Positions 47,024 to 57,933 of a stretch of 61,203 nt of DNA are shown here, one piece after another. Source of the DNA: a virus (Duplodnaviria; Caudoviricetes); IMG/VR virus record IMGVR_UViG_3300042564_004703, positions 1 through 61,203 of that record. One strand, given 5' to 3'. Under the pieces are notes generated by a model, which ran no database searches, was not told the origin of the DNA, and worked only from the letters and a program-made list of their open reading frames with translations. Numbering within the stretch: position 1 is the first letter of the stretch; the number at the start of each line of letters is the position of its first letter. A program made the position numbers and the translations under genes.

Positions 47024-47373
47024 TGAAACTAATTTTATATTTAGCAACAGTAGTAAGTATATTGACATACTCATTTTGGCAGAGTTTTCCAAAGGGGTAT
47101 TTTTATTATGGTAATAGTTTTTTTATAACTTTAATATGTGCATATATTTATTATCAAGATAAAAAAAACTTCATAAAGTTTTTTCTTTTTGAGCTGTCAA
47201 TTGCTAACTTAATAAAAGAATTGTTTTTAGACCCTGGAAAATTAGAATTAGGAGAAGCTCTTCTAATAGTAATAATCCCAATAATATGGTATTTTAATAA
47301 TGACAAGTATAATAGAATATTGGAGAGAGATAGGTATAACCGTAGGTGGTATAATATCTTTTATAGTAGGTAG
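47023..47373 (+). CDS. Multi-TM membrane protein, holin candidate
   Basis: 3-4 hydrophobic segments upstream of the endolysin. Confidence 0.55.
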   Translation: MKLILYLATVVSILTYSFWQSFPKGYFYYGNSFFITLICAYIYYQDKKNFIKFFLFELSIANLIKELFLDPGKLELGEALLIVIIPIIWYFNNDKYNRILERDRYNRRWYNIFYSR

Positions 47374-47626
47374 AAAATCTACAAAAATACTAGAAAAAAA
47401 ACAAACGGTTGAAGCTATAGATGCGATGCAAAGGACTTATGATGTCTTTTTAAAACACTATCAAGACCAATACGACAAATTAGTAGAAAGATTAAATAAC
47501 TTAGAGTTAAGAAATGCTATTTTAACTGAAAGTGCCGAAACTTGGGAGAAGAAATTTAAAGACCTTGAAAAACAGTATGAATCACTTAAAAAAGAGTTTG
47601 AAGCTTATAAATCAAAACATAAATAA
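47300..47626 (+). CDS. TM plus coiled-coil protein (holin/antiholin-like)
   Basis: N-terminal TM then coiled coil. Confidence 0.55.
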   Translation: MTSIIEYWREIGITVGGIISFIVGRKSTKILEKKQTVEAIDAMQRTYDVFLKHYQDQYDKLVERLNNLELRNAILTESAETWEKKFKDLEKQYESLKKEFEAYKSKHK

Positions 47627-47844
47627 TGAGTAGAAGAGAGTTTGTAGACAGATATTTAAGTAAAGGTATTAGTAAAAAACTAACCGTCTTTATTATAGCA
47701 TCTGTAGCACTTTTCAGAGGCAATTTAACAGGAACTGATTGGGTAATAATTTCAGGAATTTATATAGGCTCACAAACAGTTATAGATATATTTAAAGCAA
47801 AATCAGGAGGAAGTGTTTATGATAGTAGCGGAACAACTTACTAG
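47626..47844 (+). CDS. 2-TM holin candidate
   Basis: SKKL..TM..W..TM..YIGSQ; adjacent to the endolysin. Confidence 0.6.
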   Translation: MSRREFVDRYLSKGISKKLTVFIIASVALFRGNLTGTDWVIISGIYIGSQTVIDIFKAKSGGSVYDSSGTTY

Positions 47845-48415
47845 AAAATATAGAACTTTATTAAATAAATATAAAGTTAATACACCATTAAGATTAGCTT
47901 ATTTTTTTGCACAGTGTCAACATGAAAGTGGCTTAAAACTTGTACGTGAAAATATGAATTATTCTGCAAAAAGGATAGTTGAAATATTTAAGACAAGATT
48001 AGATAGAAACAAAGACGGTTGGTTAGATGAAAATGAAAAAGCTAAAATTAGAGAGATAGCAAACAATCCTGTAAAACTAGCAAATTTTGTTTATGCAAAT
48101 AGATTAGGTAATGGAGACGAATCATCAGGAGATGGTTTTAAATATCGTGCAGGTGGATTTTTAGGAACAACTTTTAAAAATAACTACATAGATTTAGAAA
48201 AATCAACAGGGATAAAGTGTGTATCAAACCCTGATTTATTATTACAAGAAGCTAATGCTTTAATTTCAGCACTACATTTTTGGCAAAAAAACAACTTAAA
48301 TAGCTTTGCAGATAGAGATGATTTAAGAGGTTCTACAAGAGTTATTAATGGAGGTTTTAATGGAATAACTAATAGAGAAGAGCACTTAAAAGTATATAAA
48401 ACAATATTTAAATAA
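47813..48415 (+). CDS. GH19 (chitinase/lysozyme-like) endolysin
   Basis: FAQCQHES, ENMNYS, YANRLGNG, DGFKYR, INGGFNG. Confidence 0.9.
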   Translation: MFMIVAEQLTRKYRTLLNKYKVNTPLRLAYFFAQCQHESGLKLVRENMNYSAKRIVEIFKTRLDRNKDGWLDENEKAKIREIANNPVKLANFVYANRLGNGDESSGDGFKYRAGGFLGTTFKNNYIDLEKSTGIKCVSNPDLLLQEANALISALHFWQKNNLNSFADRDDLRGSTRVINGGFNGITNREEHLKVYKTIFK

Positions 48416-48664
48416 ATGAACTACTTTAACTTACCACAAGAATTAGACGCTTTACTAAGAAGTGTTTCAATAGTGAGACCAAAAACAACTTGGCATAATT
48501 TACCTGCACAATTAAGAGCAGTTAAGGTTCAATTGTTGTTAGCCAATGAAGATTTAGAAAATAATGATTTAGCAATTGTATTAGCCTCTATACCAAACGC
48601 AAACTTTTTTAATTATCTATCTGTGACACGTAAAATAAAAATAGCAATAAATATTATAAACTAA
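48416..48664 (+). CDS. Hypothetical protein
   Basis: 82 aa with internal NLP repeats. Confidence 0.6.
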   Translation: MNYFNLPQELDALLRSVSIVRPKTTWHNLPAQLRAVKVQLLLANEDLENNDLAIVLASIPNANFFNYLSVTRKIKIAINIIN

Positions 48665-49071
48665 TGACAATACTAGAAAAAATAAATAAATTAACATATT
48701 TTTCAGAAATAATAAAACTGAAAGATATTTTAAAAGAGTTATATCAACGTGGAGGTGAAAGCTTACCTTATAAAACTTACGTTGCTCAATTTGGAATATC
48801 TCAGATAACTGAAGATAAAATGGAATATACTAATGTTTTTGAAAATACAATAGGGGATATTACTATAACAAAAGCAGGTAGTCAATTTTTTATTGAGTCT
48901 GATAATTTATTTACAACAAATAAAACATTTGTTAATATAACAGGTGGTGGCGATAGTGTAGATAGTATAGTATATTTAGGAGAAAATATAACAACAACAT
49001 CTATAAGTTTTTTTATCTATGGTAGTGGGCAAAACTCAAATAACCATGTAGAAATAAGAGTATATAATTAA
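48664..49071 (+). CDS. Hypothetical structural protein
   Basis: YKTYVA...ENTIG...EIRVYN motif common in Bacteroidota phage tail proteins. Confidence 0.65.
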   Translation: MTILEKINKLTYFSEIIKLKDILKELYQRGGESLPYKTYVAQFGISQITEDKMEYTNVFENTIGDITITKAGSQFFIESDNLFTTNKTFVNITGGGDSVDSIVYLGENITTTSISFFIYGSGQNSNNHVEIRVYN

Positions 49072-49075
49072 TAAC

Positions 49076-49615
49076 ATGACAGTAGATATAAATTTCCAAA
49101 TATATAACACTCAAGACCCTAAAACTATAATCATAGGAGACCAAAGTACTTGGGGCGTAGCAGAAAATCATCCTGCATATTTACAAGTAACTCCACCAGG
49201 AACATCAACAGCTACACAAATAAATTTTGTAAAAAAGAATTTGATGCACTTAACCTCTATTAGTTTAGGTTTATCTTGTTCAGCAGTATGTGAAGAACAA
49301 AATTATGAAGATTTACCTGATGGTGTTTGGGAATTTTGCTTACAGTCTAAATTTGAGGGCTTAAATAAAAAAAGATTTTTCTTAAAAGATGACCAACTTC
49401 GCCAAAAAATAGATAAGATAAGAATAGGTTTATACGACACACAAGGATTCACCTATGTAAAAAATAAAACAACAGAACAGTTAGAAACAATAGATTTTTT
49501 AATCAGTGCATCTCAAGCTTTAATAAAAGAGGGTAGAAATAGTGATGCCATGAAAGCCTATAACGAAATAAATAAAATAGTAGATAAATTAAAAAAATGT
49601 AAAGACTGTATATAA
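49076..49615 (+). CDS. Structural protein (crAss-like tail hub type)
   Basis: LPDGVW motif and C-terminal helix with CxxC. Confidence 0.55.
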   Translation: MTVDINFQIYNTQDPKTIIIGDQSTWGVAENHPAYLQVTPPGTSTATQINFVKKNLMHLTSISLGLSCSAVCEEQNYEDLPDGVWEFCLQSKFEGLNKKRFFLKDDQLRQKIDKIRIGLYDTQGFTYVKNKTTEQLETIDFLISASQALIKEGRNSDAMKAYNEINKIVDKLKKCKDCI

Positions 49616-50931
49616 TGAATTATAAAATATACGCAATAGGTAACTATTTAAGAATAGAAAATATAGCAACAGGGGAGATTTATAACGGTCTTTCAAAAGA
49701 GGTATTTGTAGACAAAAACAATTTAAACAACAACCTTTATAAAATTCAAAATGTAAAAGATTGGGGTGCAAGAACAGCTTTAAACCTCAGTCAAATTAAG
49801 AAAGAAGATGGTTCTGATTATACTTTAAGTGAGTGGGAAACATTTTATACAGAGAACACAGGTGGGACTACTTCAGATGACCAAGTAACTATTATAACTC
49901 AATTAGACGAGGTTATAGCAGCTTTAAATACAAACTCAACTAATGAACAAGCTTTGTTAATATCTATTGACAATAAGCTTGAAGAATTGGCGCAAATTGA
50001 AGATGAGTTAGTTGCAGCTAATACTACCTTAACCAATATAAAAACGGATACAACAACTATCAATACTAATTTAGAAACGGTCATTGATAAATTAGATTTG
50101 CAAGTTACAGCACTTGAGGATTTAAAAGTTTTAGTTACTGAAACCAATACACAATTAACAACTGCAAACGCAACTCTTACTACAATTAGTAATGATATTG
50201 CAACGATTAAAAATGATATTAGTTTAATTAAAGCTGATATTTCTGAAATCAAAACAAGCGTTGCAAGTATTGATACTAAATTAATTTCGGTTGTTGATTC
50301 ATTAACTGCAATTGAAACTAAAATAGATACAGTTGTAACTGAATTGCAAACGATTAACACTACTTTACAAACCGAGTTTGACCAAACACAAGCTAAATTA
50401 GACGATGTAGTCACGGCTTTAGAGTATGCTCAAGATACTTTTCAAGTTGAGGATTGCGATGGTAATACTATTGGCGATTTAGAAAACGTTATTAAAACGG
50501 TTGTTTTAAATAAAACTACGGTTTCAGTATGTAATACATCAGATATTTCAGACCCTATTGTTCAGGCAATAAATGCACAATCTGCAATCGGTAAAAAGCA
50601 AGGTTTGATGACGTGGAGTGCTAACGTTGGTGATACATTAATAATTCCAAGTGGTAAGTTTAGTACTTTAAGTTTATTGGCTACAAAAGGCGAGTTTACT
50701 ATTTCAAATAACAATAATAATTTCACGAGTGATTTAACATTATCTGGTGGAAGTTTGGCTTTGGAAATTGAAATTTCAAACGATGGAATAGGAACTGCAT
50801 CGGGAGCAACAGATGTTGCACAAGGTATAGACACAAGAGCAAATTCAAATGATTTAGAAGCTTCTAATAATGGGTATACTATAACTTGCGTAAGAGATGG
50901 TATTTTATCATTAGAAATTTATAAAAACTAA
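49615..50931 (+). CDS. Long coiled-coil fibre protein
   Basis: About 190 aa of continuous heptad repeats. Confidence 0.7.
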   Translation: MNYKIYAIGNYLRIENIATGEIYNGLSKEVFVDKNNLNNNLYKIQNVKDWGARTALNLSQIKKEDGSDYTLSEWETFYTENTGGTTSDDQVTIITQLDEVIAALNTNSTNEQALLISIDNKLEELAQIEDELVAANTTLTNIKTDTTTINTNLETVIDKLDLQVTALEDLKVLVTETNTQLTTANATLTTISNDIATIKNDISLIKADISEIKTSVASIDTKLISVVDSLTAIETKIDTVVTELQTINTTLQTEFDQTQAKLDDVVTALEYAQDTFQVEDCDGNTIGDLENVIKTVVLNKTTVSVCNTSDISDPIVQAINAQSAIGKKQGLMTWSANVGDTLIIPSGKFSTLSLLATKGEFTISNNNNNFTSDLTLSGGSLALEIEISNDGIGTASGATDVAQGIDTRANSNDLEASNNGYTITCVRDGILSLEIYKN

Positions 50932-50935
50932 AACT

Positions 50936-51595
50936 ATGCAAACGGAATTACAAGATTATTTTAATAGGCTTTGTTGTCCAACACCTGTAGTAAATTACAA
51001 CTTTGATGTTGACAGCTCAGATTGGGCAGGGTCAGGAATTACAGACCAAGCAAGTTTTGAAAGTGGACTAGGAGTAACCACTTCTGATTTTTTATTGAGT
51101 GGTAATAATATTAAAGCTAATATTTTAACAACAATTGGTAATGCTATAACTCTAAAATCAATGCAAATAACAAATATTGGCTACATAACTGTTAGTGGAT
51201 TAGTAAACTTAAATTTATCTGTTAATCAAATAGTAACATTTAATCCTACTATTGCTTTACCAAGTAGTTTACAATCTTTAAATTTATCTAGTAATCAAAT
51301 AGTAACATTTAATCCTACTATTGCTTTACCAAGTAGTTTACAATATTTAGCTTTAGACATTAACCAAATAGTAACATTTAATCCAACATTACCATTACCA
51401 ACAAGTTTACAAATTTTATATTTATCTAGTAACCAAATGACAACATTAGGATATACAGCAAGTGAACCTTGGGCAAATGGTATGCACACAGCACCAAGTG
51501 GTGGTGTAATTTATTTAAATGATAATACAGACTCCGCATCAGGAACAAATTTAGAAGCAATATTAATAAGTAAAGGTTGGAACGTACTATCTTAA
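50936..51595 (+). CDS. Leucine-rich-repeat protein
   Basis: Three 23-aa repeats NQIVTFNPTIALPSSLQxLxLxx. Confidence 0.75.
   Translation: MQTELQDYFNRLCCPTPVVNYNFDVDSSDWAGSGITDQASFESGLGVTTSDFLLSGNNIKANILTTIGNAITLKSMQITNIGYITVSGLVNLNLSVNQIVTFNPTIALPSSLQSLNLSSNQIVTFNPTIALPSSLQYLALDINQIVTFNPTLPLPTSLQILYLSSNQMTTLGYTASEPWANGMHTAPSGGVIYLNDNTDSASGTNLEAILISKGWNVLS
51209..51436 (+). repeat. 69-bp tandem repeat (about 3 copies) encoding the LRRs
   Basis: AATCAAATAGTAACATTTAATCCTACTATTGCTTTACCAAGTAGTTTACAA recurs at a 69-bp period. Confidence 0.85.
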
Positions 51596-51628
51596 AAATT
51601 TTTCATAGGGATTTAATACAATTAAATT

Positions 51629-53944
51629 ATGACTTTAATAAGACAAAATAAAAGAGTAATTGTGGAAGTTGCTACTTTACCCACAACGGGCGAAAGCAAA
51701 TATTTATACCACAATACTACTGACGGACATTTTTACGCTTGGAATAGCGTAACAAATTCATTTGATGATTTGTCCGCATCAAGCCCAGATGCAAGTGGTG
51801 CTGTTTTAGCTGCAAACGCTTGCGTAGGAACTTTAATTGAAATACCAACAAGTTTAGACGAAAAGACAGTAGGTACAGGCGGAGATTTTACCGACTTACA
51901 AACTGCAATTTCAGATGCTTCTGTATTAGATAACACTACACTTAAAGTAGTTTCAAATTTAACCATTTCCACAACTATAAACGTTACTAAAAAAGTAATT
52001 ATAGATGGTAATAGTTTTAACTTAGAAAGTGCAACAAATAACCCAGTTAATATGTTAAATATTACTGCGGGAGCAACAGTAAAAAACTTTGCTAAAATTT
52101 CGCACTTAAAAACAACAAATACTTCAATAGAAACAGTTATTTCTATAAACTCACCAGACCCAGTTTATATCTACAATAACACTATTGAATTACAAGAATT
52201 TGGTATTGTTGCAAGAGGTTCTTTCTTTATAGGAAAAAACACTTTCAAATATGTTGGGGCAAGTTTAACAAATTCCCACAGATTCATTGCTCTTTACGGA
52301 AATAGCGGAGAAAGTAGAATTTATGAAAACGATTTTGAATGTTCTGTAATGCCAGCGACTACAAGATATTCTAATTTCATTTATGCAACTTCAACTACAG
52401 GAACGGTTTACGATGGTAAATTATTTATAAACAATAATACACAAACAGCTGGTAATCTAAGACAATTTTATTTACACGATTCTGGAGTACCAACTGATAT
52501 GGAATTGTATGTTGCTAATAACACATTCAACGATTTTAATGGCGGTATTGGTATTTTTGGCGTAAACATTTACAACGGATATAAAAAAATTGGTATCTAT
52601 TCAAATACACAAGGAGCAGATTCGGCAGGAAATTATAAAGGATTATTCTTTTTAGACGGAACTGGTGCAATAAATGAAAGTGTAGTTGTAGAATACGGTG
52701 ATAATATTTTAGGAACTACAGCTTTAAGAGCAGATTATTTATCTTATTTAGAAGATGGAAGCTCTGAAATAGCAATAAAAAATACAGTTACTTTTATTGA
52801 TAAAAAAGAAAAAGTAACAATACAAGAGTCCCTTGAAAATTTAGGAATTATAATCCAAGATTTAAAAGGAAGAAAAACATATTTAAGCGGAGTTACAGGA
52901 ACAGGAACAGAGGAAGACCCTTACATAGTTCAAAGTTCTTTTTCTCTTTCAGACTTAACCGATATCGTAACATCTGGACTTGCTAACGGTCAAGTATTAG
53001 TTTACAATTCTACAACTGGAAAGTGGGAAAATAAAAATGAAACAAAGGCTAATTACACAGAAACAAATGCAACATCCGCAAGTTTTATTCAAAACAAACC
53101 TACAATAACAACTGGAGTAGGAACACCAATTGGTTCAGCTACAACAGGTTCTATTTATTTAGAAAATGATATTTTAGGAAATAGTATAGGAAGTTATGTC
53201 TACAATGGAACAGCTTGGGTATCATTGGCATTTAGTCAAGTACAAGCAAATTGGACAGAAGTAGATACAAGTAATGCAGCATTTATAAAGAATAAACCTA
53301 TATTAGCTAACGTAGCTATTTCTGGAGACTATAGTTCATTATTAAATAAACCTATAATTCCTGATGCACAAATACAGAGTGATTATGCACAAACGGATAA
53401 CACTCAATTAGATTTTATAAAGAATAAACCTAATTTAACTCTTTATGAATTAGTAGCAAACAAAGGAGTACCAAATGGATATGTACCATTAAATGGTTCA
53501 GGAACAATTGATGCAGCTTATTTAAATATAACAGGGACGGAATATAAAGGAACTTGGAACCCAACAACTAACACACCAACTCTTTCAAATGCAACTGGTA
53601 CTAATGGTTGGTTTTATTATGTTTCTGAAGACGGTTCAGTAAATTTAGGGGCTGGAGTAATTGATTTTCAAGAGGGTAACATAATTATTTTTGATGATGT
53701 TTCAAATGAATGGAAAAGGGTGGGGGGACAACAATTAATCACAAATGATTTAGATGCGTCTTTGACTGATTTTACAAATCCTTTAATTTATTATTATGGG
53801 GGTCTTACAGATGCAGGAGATTGGCAAGTAAATAAATGGGATATGACCTCGAATACAAAAACAATAGCAAACTTAACAAATAACGTTGGCGTAACAAATC
53901 TTGCAACAGCGTGGACAAATCGTTTAACTTTAAATTACTTATAA
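51629..53944 (+). CDS. Tail fibre/spike with beta-helix-like domain
   Basis: VGTGGDFTDLQTAI cap, Asn-rich beta-helix, repeated FI(K/Q)NKP fibre motifs. Confidence 0.7.
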   Translation: MTLIRQNKRVIVEVATLPTTGESKYLYHNTTDGHFYAWNSVTNSFDDLSASSPDASGAVLAANACVGTLIEIPTSLDEKTVGTGGDFTDLQTAISDASVLDNTTLKVVSNLTISTTINVTKKVIIDGNSFNLESATNNPVNMLNITAGATVKNFAKISHLKTTNTSIETVISINSPDPVYIYNNTIELQEFGIVARGSFFIGKNTFKYVGASLTNSHRFIALYGNSGESRIYENDFECSVMPATTRYSNFIYATSTTGTVYDGKLFINNNTQTAGNLRQFYLHDSGVPTDMELYVANNTFNDFNGGIGIFGVNIYNGYKKIGIYSNTQGADSAGNYKGLFFLDGTGAINESVVVEYGDNILGTTALRADYLSYLEDGSSEIAIKNTVTFIDKKEKVTIQESLENLGIIIQDLKGRKTYLSGVTGTGTEEDPYIVQSSFSLSDLTDIVTSGLANGQVLVYNSTTGKWENKNETKANYTETNATSASFIQNKPTITTGVGTPIGSATTGSIYLENDILGNSIGSYVYNGTAWVSLAFSQVQANWTEVDTSNAAFIKNKPILANVAISGDYSSLLNKPIIPDAQIQSDYAQTDNTQLDFIKNKPNLTLYELVANKGVPNGYVPLNGSGTIDAAYLNITGTEYKGTWNPTTNTPTLSNATGTNGWFYYVSEDGSVNLGAGVIDFQEGNIIIFDDVSNEWKRVGGQQLITNDLDASLTDFTNPLIYYYGGLTDAGDWQVNKWDMTSNTKTIANLTNNVGVTNLATAWTNRLTLNYL

Positions 53945-53945
53945 T

Positions 53946-56900
53946 ATGGCATTTGCATATTCAATAGCAGTAGCAGGAGCAGGAACTGTATCTTGTGCAG
54001 GAACTACAACGGTAACAGGTTCGGGAACTTCTTTTGCCTTTGGACTTGGTAGTGTTCCAACAGGCACACAAGCAAGAGTTGGTGGGACTATAACAGTAGG
54101 TGCAAACACACGTACTATTACAGCTATTGCATCAGCTACTTCTTTAACAGTTGATACAGCTTTTCCAACTTTTACCGCTCAAGCTTTTACAGTTCAAACT
54201 GGTATTACACAAACTGGAACTGATACAATGAATTTAAGTTTAGGTTCTGCAACAGGTTTCCTAATTACCAATAGGGGAGATTTATTTAGAACTTTTGATT
54301 GTAGAGGTTTAGATTTAACTATTAACGGTACTTTAACAGTATCAAGTTCAGTTGCACAATTACGAAACGATGGTAGTTGTAATAATAGATTAACGGTTAA
54401 CGGTAGTGTTTCAGGTGGGGAGTTAATTTTTAATGGTAGAATATCAACTGCAGGTAATGGTCCTATTCCTTATGCTGGTCTTGATTGGTTAGGTACAAAT
54501 GGAATGGGTGGTGCAACAGCACTTGTTAGCACAAATGCTACTTATCCAGCAAAATTAACAGTAATTGATGCTTGTATTCGTTTTGGTGGCGATTGGTTTA
54601 CTGTGTCTAGTGGCAACTTTGCACGTATCACAACACAAGGGGACGAATGTTGGATTTTGTGTGCAAAGGGTACAGGAACTGTTCAAGCAAGAATTCGTTT
54701 GAATAATACAACACCTGTAATTGATTTACAAGCCACTCAAACTTGGATAGGTACTTGGTTAAATTTTGGAGTGCCTCAAATTAGTTTGAAAGGATTTACA
54801 CCAATTTTTACAGATGGACCAGAAATTAACCTGTCATCTGTATCAGTTGCTACAAGAATTAATATTGAGAATTATGATACAAGATATATTCAATCAGCAT
54901 ATTATCCTGGCTCTCAAATTGTACCTTATGGAGGTGCTTGGATTAGATTTAAAAATAACTTGTTAGGAACTAATATTGTATGGCAAAGTCTAAATGTTGG
55001 GGGTGCAAATTTTAATGTTATTGAATATTCAAAACAAATAAAAGCAATTTCAAAAGACGCTTTAGGTAATGTTTTAAATGATGGGTATTTCTATTTTCAA
55101 CCTGTGGGAAGTAATGTATCAGGAATTAGAGCAAAAGGTGGTACTTCGGATATTACTTTTGATTTAACACAAAAAAACATTTTAATTAGTGGTGGTTTTG
55201 CTGAAACTGAATTTATTTATGCTTGGGATTATGCCAATACAACTGGTTTAAAAAGCACGCCAAAATTTTTCTGTAGTGGTCAAACAAAAGGAGCGGAAAC
55301 ACACCCATCTTTTTTAAGTAGATACGGTTATGACAAACAACCTATTACACTTACTTTAAGTGGCAACAATACTTTTGAAGTTTCAGCATCTCACGCTTCA
55401 TTGCCAACATCAGATAAAGTAATCGCAACGGCAGCAGCAATCAGTGGTATTGCTTTTAATTTTAGCACAAAAGTAATGACTATTACAGGTAACTTAACCT
55501 ACCAACAAATTTATGATGCGTATCAATACGCTTTAAATATAACGGCAAATTTATTTCAAGCTAATGATTGTTTAACAACAGATTCTATTTTCAACTATGT
55601 AGGTTGGACTATTAATCTGGGAGCTGGAGTAACTATTTCTAACCCAAGTGGTTCTTTTACTACACTTAAAGCAAACACTATATCAATAGAAAGTGGTTCA
55701 TTAATTACAAGTACTTATGCGGATTCAACAGGAGTTTATGCAAAATTATTAGTAAATGGTTTATCGACTAATATGGTTGCTAAGTTAATCACTGGCTCAA
55801 CAGTTCTTTCAAGTATTGTATCAACTGGAACAAGTGGTTTTTTAGACTACTTTATTCCTACAGGAAGCACATCAATTTCAGCAACACTATACGTTGAAAG
55901 AGCAACAGGACAAACAAACGGATACAATCTTTATACCAATACTTTGACTTTAGGAGACACAGGAGCTACAACTACCGCAATTATGGCTATAGACACTTTC
56001 TACGGAAGAAGTGCGGGGCAAGCAGATAGAAGTAATGTGTCAGTAACTTGGAACTCTACAACAGGTGCACCAACAATTACTTTAAGTGGAGATGCAGATG
56101 TAAAATCAGTTTATGACGTAGTTTTAGAAAGTCACGCAACTACGGCAAATATAACTTTTAACAGACCAACTACAACAGATGGATTTACTTATCAGTTTAC
56201 AAATGCAATATTTACAGGAACTGGTAAGATGACAGGTAGTAAACAATTCTTTACAACAGGTGGTGTAAGTATCAACTACGATTTAATTTTGAATTATTTA
56301 AACACGTTAAACTTCTTACCAAATTCTTGGATTAAAGTTATTAAGTCAAGTGATAATTCAGTCTTATCTCCTTTTGCTTTAAATGTAGCAGGAAAACTAG
56401 AGTTGAATATGGGTACAGGTATTGATTATAAAGTATTCTTAAAAAAAGACGGATATAAACCTTTAGTAGAAGAGATAAATTCAGGAACTGGGCAAGCATT
56501 AACTTTGGACCAAAAAGCACAAGCATTTTATAATGCTACGACAAACATTTCAACTTTAATTCCGCTATTAGATGTAACAAACACAAGTGGTATTTTATCA
56601 ATAGTTTCTGTAGGAGAGATGAGAGCAACGTCTTTAGAGGTTTGTGCTATTATCGACCATTTACAAAAAGATGAAGACTATGCAGACGTAGCTTTATTTG
56701 CAGAAACAGGGGACATTTGGGAAATTATTTCTCAATATCAAAATACACCAGACCCTACATACATAAAAATTGAAAGAGAATCTTCACTAACAAACACCGA
56801 ACTTACAATTTGGGACACTTATTTTACAACATCTTCAACAGATGTACCAGATGAAGACATAACACCAATACAAGCTTCTACAGGTTTATGGGTAATGAGT

Positions 56901-57080
56901 AATCGCTCTGCTGTAGGGGAAGTAACAGTTAAAAACGAACAAGCTGTAGCAATTTCTCAAAATGCTTCAGAGTACGTTTGGAGTAAAATTTTAGAAAACG
57001 GTAAAACGGCAAACAGAAACGTTTCTCAATCTAATAACTTTGACGCAATCACTTCTATTGAAGTTCAAAAAACTAACTAA
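53946..57080 (+). CDS. Large Thr/Gly-rich fibre or receptor-binding protein
   Basis: 1044 aa, beta-rich; TVTGSGTSF motif. Confidence 0.65.
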   Translation: MAFAYSIAVAGAGTVSCAGTTTVTGSGTSFAFGLGSVPTGTQARVGGTITVGANTRTITAIASATSLTVDTAFPTFTAQAFTVQTGITQTGTDTMNLSLGSATGFLITNRGDLFRTFDCRGLDLTINGTLTVSSSVAQLRNDGSCNNRLTVNGSVSGGELIFNGRISTAGNGPIPYAGLDWLGTNGMGGATALVSTNATYPAKLTVIDACIRFGGDWFTVSSGNFARITTQGDECWILCAKGTGTVQARIRLNNTTPVIDLQATQTWIGTWLNFGVPQISLKGFTPIFTDGPEINLSSVSVATRINIENYDTRYIQSAYYPGSQIVPYGGAWIRFKNNLLGTNIVWQSLNVGGANFNVIEYSKQIKAISKDALGNVLNDGYFYFQPVGSNVSGIRAKGGTSDITFDLTQKNILISGGFAETEFIYAWDYANTTGLKSTPKFFCSGQTKGAETHPSFLSRYGYDKQPITLTLSGNNTFEVSASHASLPTSDKVIATAAAISGIAFNFSTKVMTITGNLTYQQIYDAYQYALNITANLFQANDCLTTDSIFNYVGWTINLGAGVTISNPSGSFTTLKANTISIESGSLITSTYADSTGVYAKLLVNGLSTNMVAKLITGSTVLSSIVSTGTSGFLDYFIPTGSTSISATLYVERATGQTNGYNLYTNTLTLGDTGATTTAIMAIDTFYGRSAGQADRSNVSVTWNSTTGAPTITLSGDADVKSVYDVVLESHATTANITFNRPTTTDGFTYQFTNAIFTGTGKMTGSKQFFTTGGVSINYDLILNYLNTLNFLPNSWIKVIKSSDNSVLSPFALNVAGKLELNMGTGIDYKVFLKKDGYKPLVEEINSGTGQALTLDQKAQAFYNATTNISTLIPLLDVTNTSGILSIVSVGEMRATSLEVCAIIDHLQKDEDYADVALFAETGDIWEIISQYQNTPDPTYIKIERESSLTNTELTIWDTYFTTSSTDVPDEDITPIQASTGLWVMSNRSAVGEVTVKNEQAVAISQNASEYVWSKILENGKTANRNVSQSNNFDAITSIEVQKTN

Positions 57081-57086
57081 TTAAAA

Positions 57087-57320
57087 ATGAGTCAACAATC
57101 AATAACTTTACTATCTAAGAGTAAGTTTGCACAAGAAGCAGACGAAATACTTATATATAATTTTGAGCAATATTTTTATTATAAAAATTTTAAATTAGGT
57201 TTAGGAGCAGATATAAGAGAAGCTAATTACTATTCAAAATTAAAAGAGGTTCTTTGTATAGATGAGTGTGAGATAGTAAACTATGTACAAGATAAAATAA
57301 AGGGAAAAATTAAAAACTAA
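57087..57320 (+). CDS. Hypothetical virion-module protein
   Basis: 77 aa, operon-packed. Confidence 0.6.
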   Translation: MSQQSITLLSKSKFAQEADEILIYNFEQYFYYKNFKLGLGADIREANYYSKLKEVLCIDECEIVNYVQDKIKGKIKN

Positions 57321-57326
57321 TAAAAA

Positions 57327-57674
57327 ATGAACAACTGTAACGATAAAATAAAACAACGTTGTACGAAAGTAGAAGCAGAATGTGTAAGATATAATAGAGA
57401 GCTACCATCTTTTTCAGAATTAACAGACTGTATTTCAATAGCAGAAACAACAGAAGAGCAATATGTATTAATAGGTGAAATTAAGGAGGAAATAGATTTA
57501 ACAACTTTAGATTATGATTGCGGAACGCTACCAACAGATAAAAACGTAAAGTCTTTAATTCAATTTCTTTTAGACAGAGATTGTGCAAGAGAAGAATTAA
57601 TAGAAACAATACAAGGTCATATAGAAACACTACAAAGCCAAGTTGATTCACTTCAAGAAAATAATTGCCCATAA
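57327..57674 (+). CDS. Cys-rich coiled-coil structural protein
   Basis: C...ECVRY...C motif plus coiled coil. Confidence 0.6.
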   Translation: MNNCNDKIKQRCTKVEAECVRYNRELPSFSELTDCISIAETTEEQYVLIGEIKEEIDLTTLDYDCGTLPTDKNVKSLIQFLLDRDCAREELIETIQGHIETLQSQVDSLQENNCP

Positions 57675-57686
57675 AAAATAAAAACT

Positions 57687-57923
57687 ATGTCAGATTTATG
57701 TTACCAAGGAACAACAGTTCCATTAGAATTAATAGAAGAGCCTTGTAATGGTGATTATACAAGTACAGCTTGTATATCAAGCCCTGTAGCCATAACAGCT
57801 TTAAACTTACCTGTAAATGCTACACAACAACAAATAAATAACGCTTTAGTTTTAGCTATACAAAACCTATCTAATCAGATAGCAGAGTTAACAGCAAGAG
57901 TGGTAGAATTAGAAACACCTTAA
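57687..57923 (+). CDS. Cys-rich coiled-coil structural protein
   Basis: STACI motif plus coiled coil. Confidence 0.6.
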   Translation: MSDLCYQGTTVPLELIEEPCNGDYTSTACISSPVAITALNLPVNATQQQINNALVLAIQNLSNQIAELTARVVELETP

Positions 57924-57933
57924 AGATAAAACC

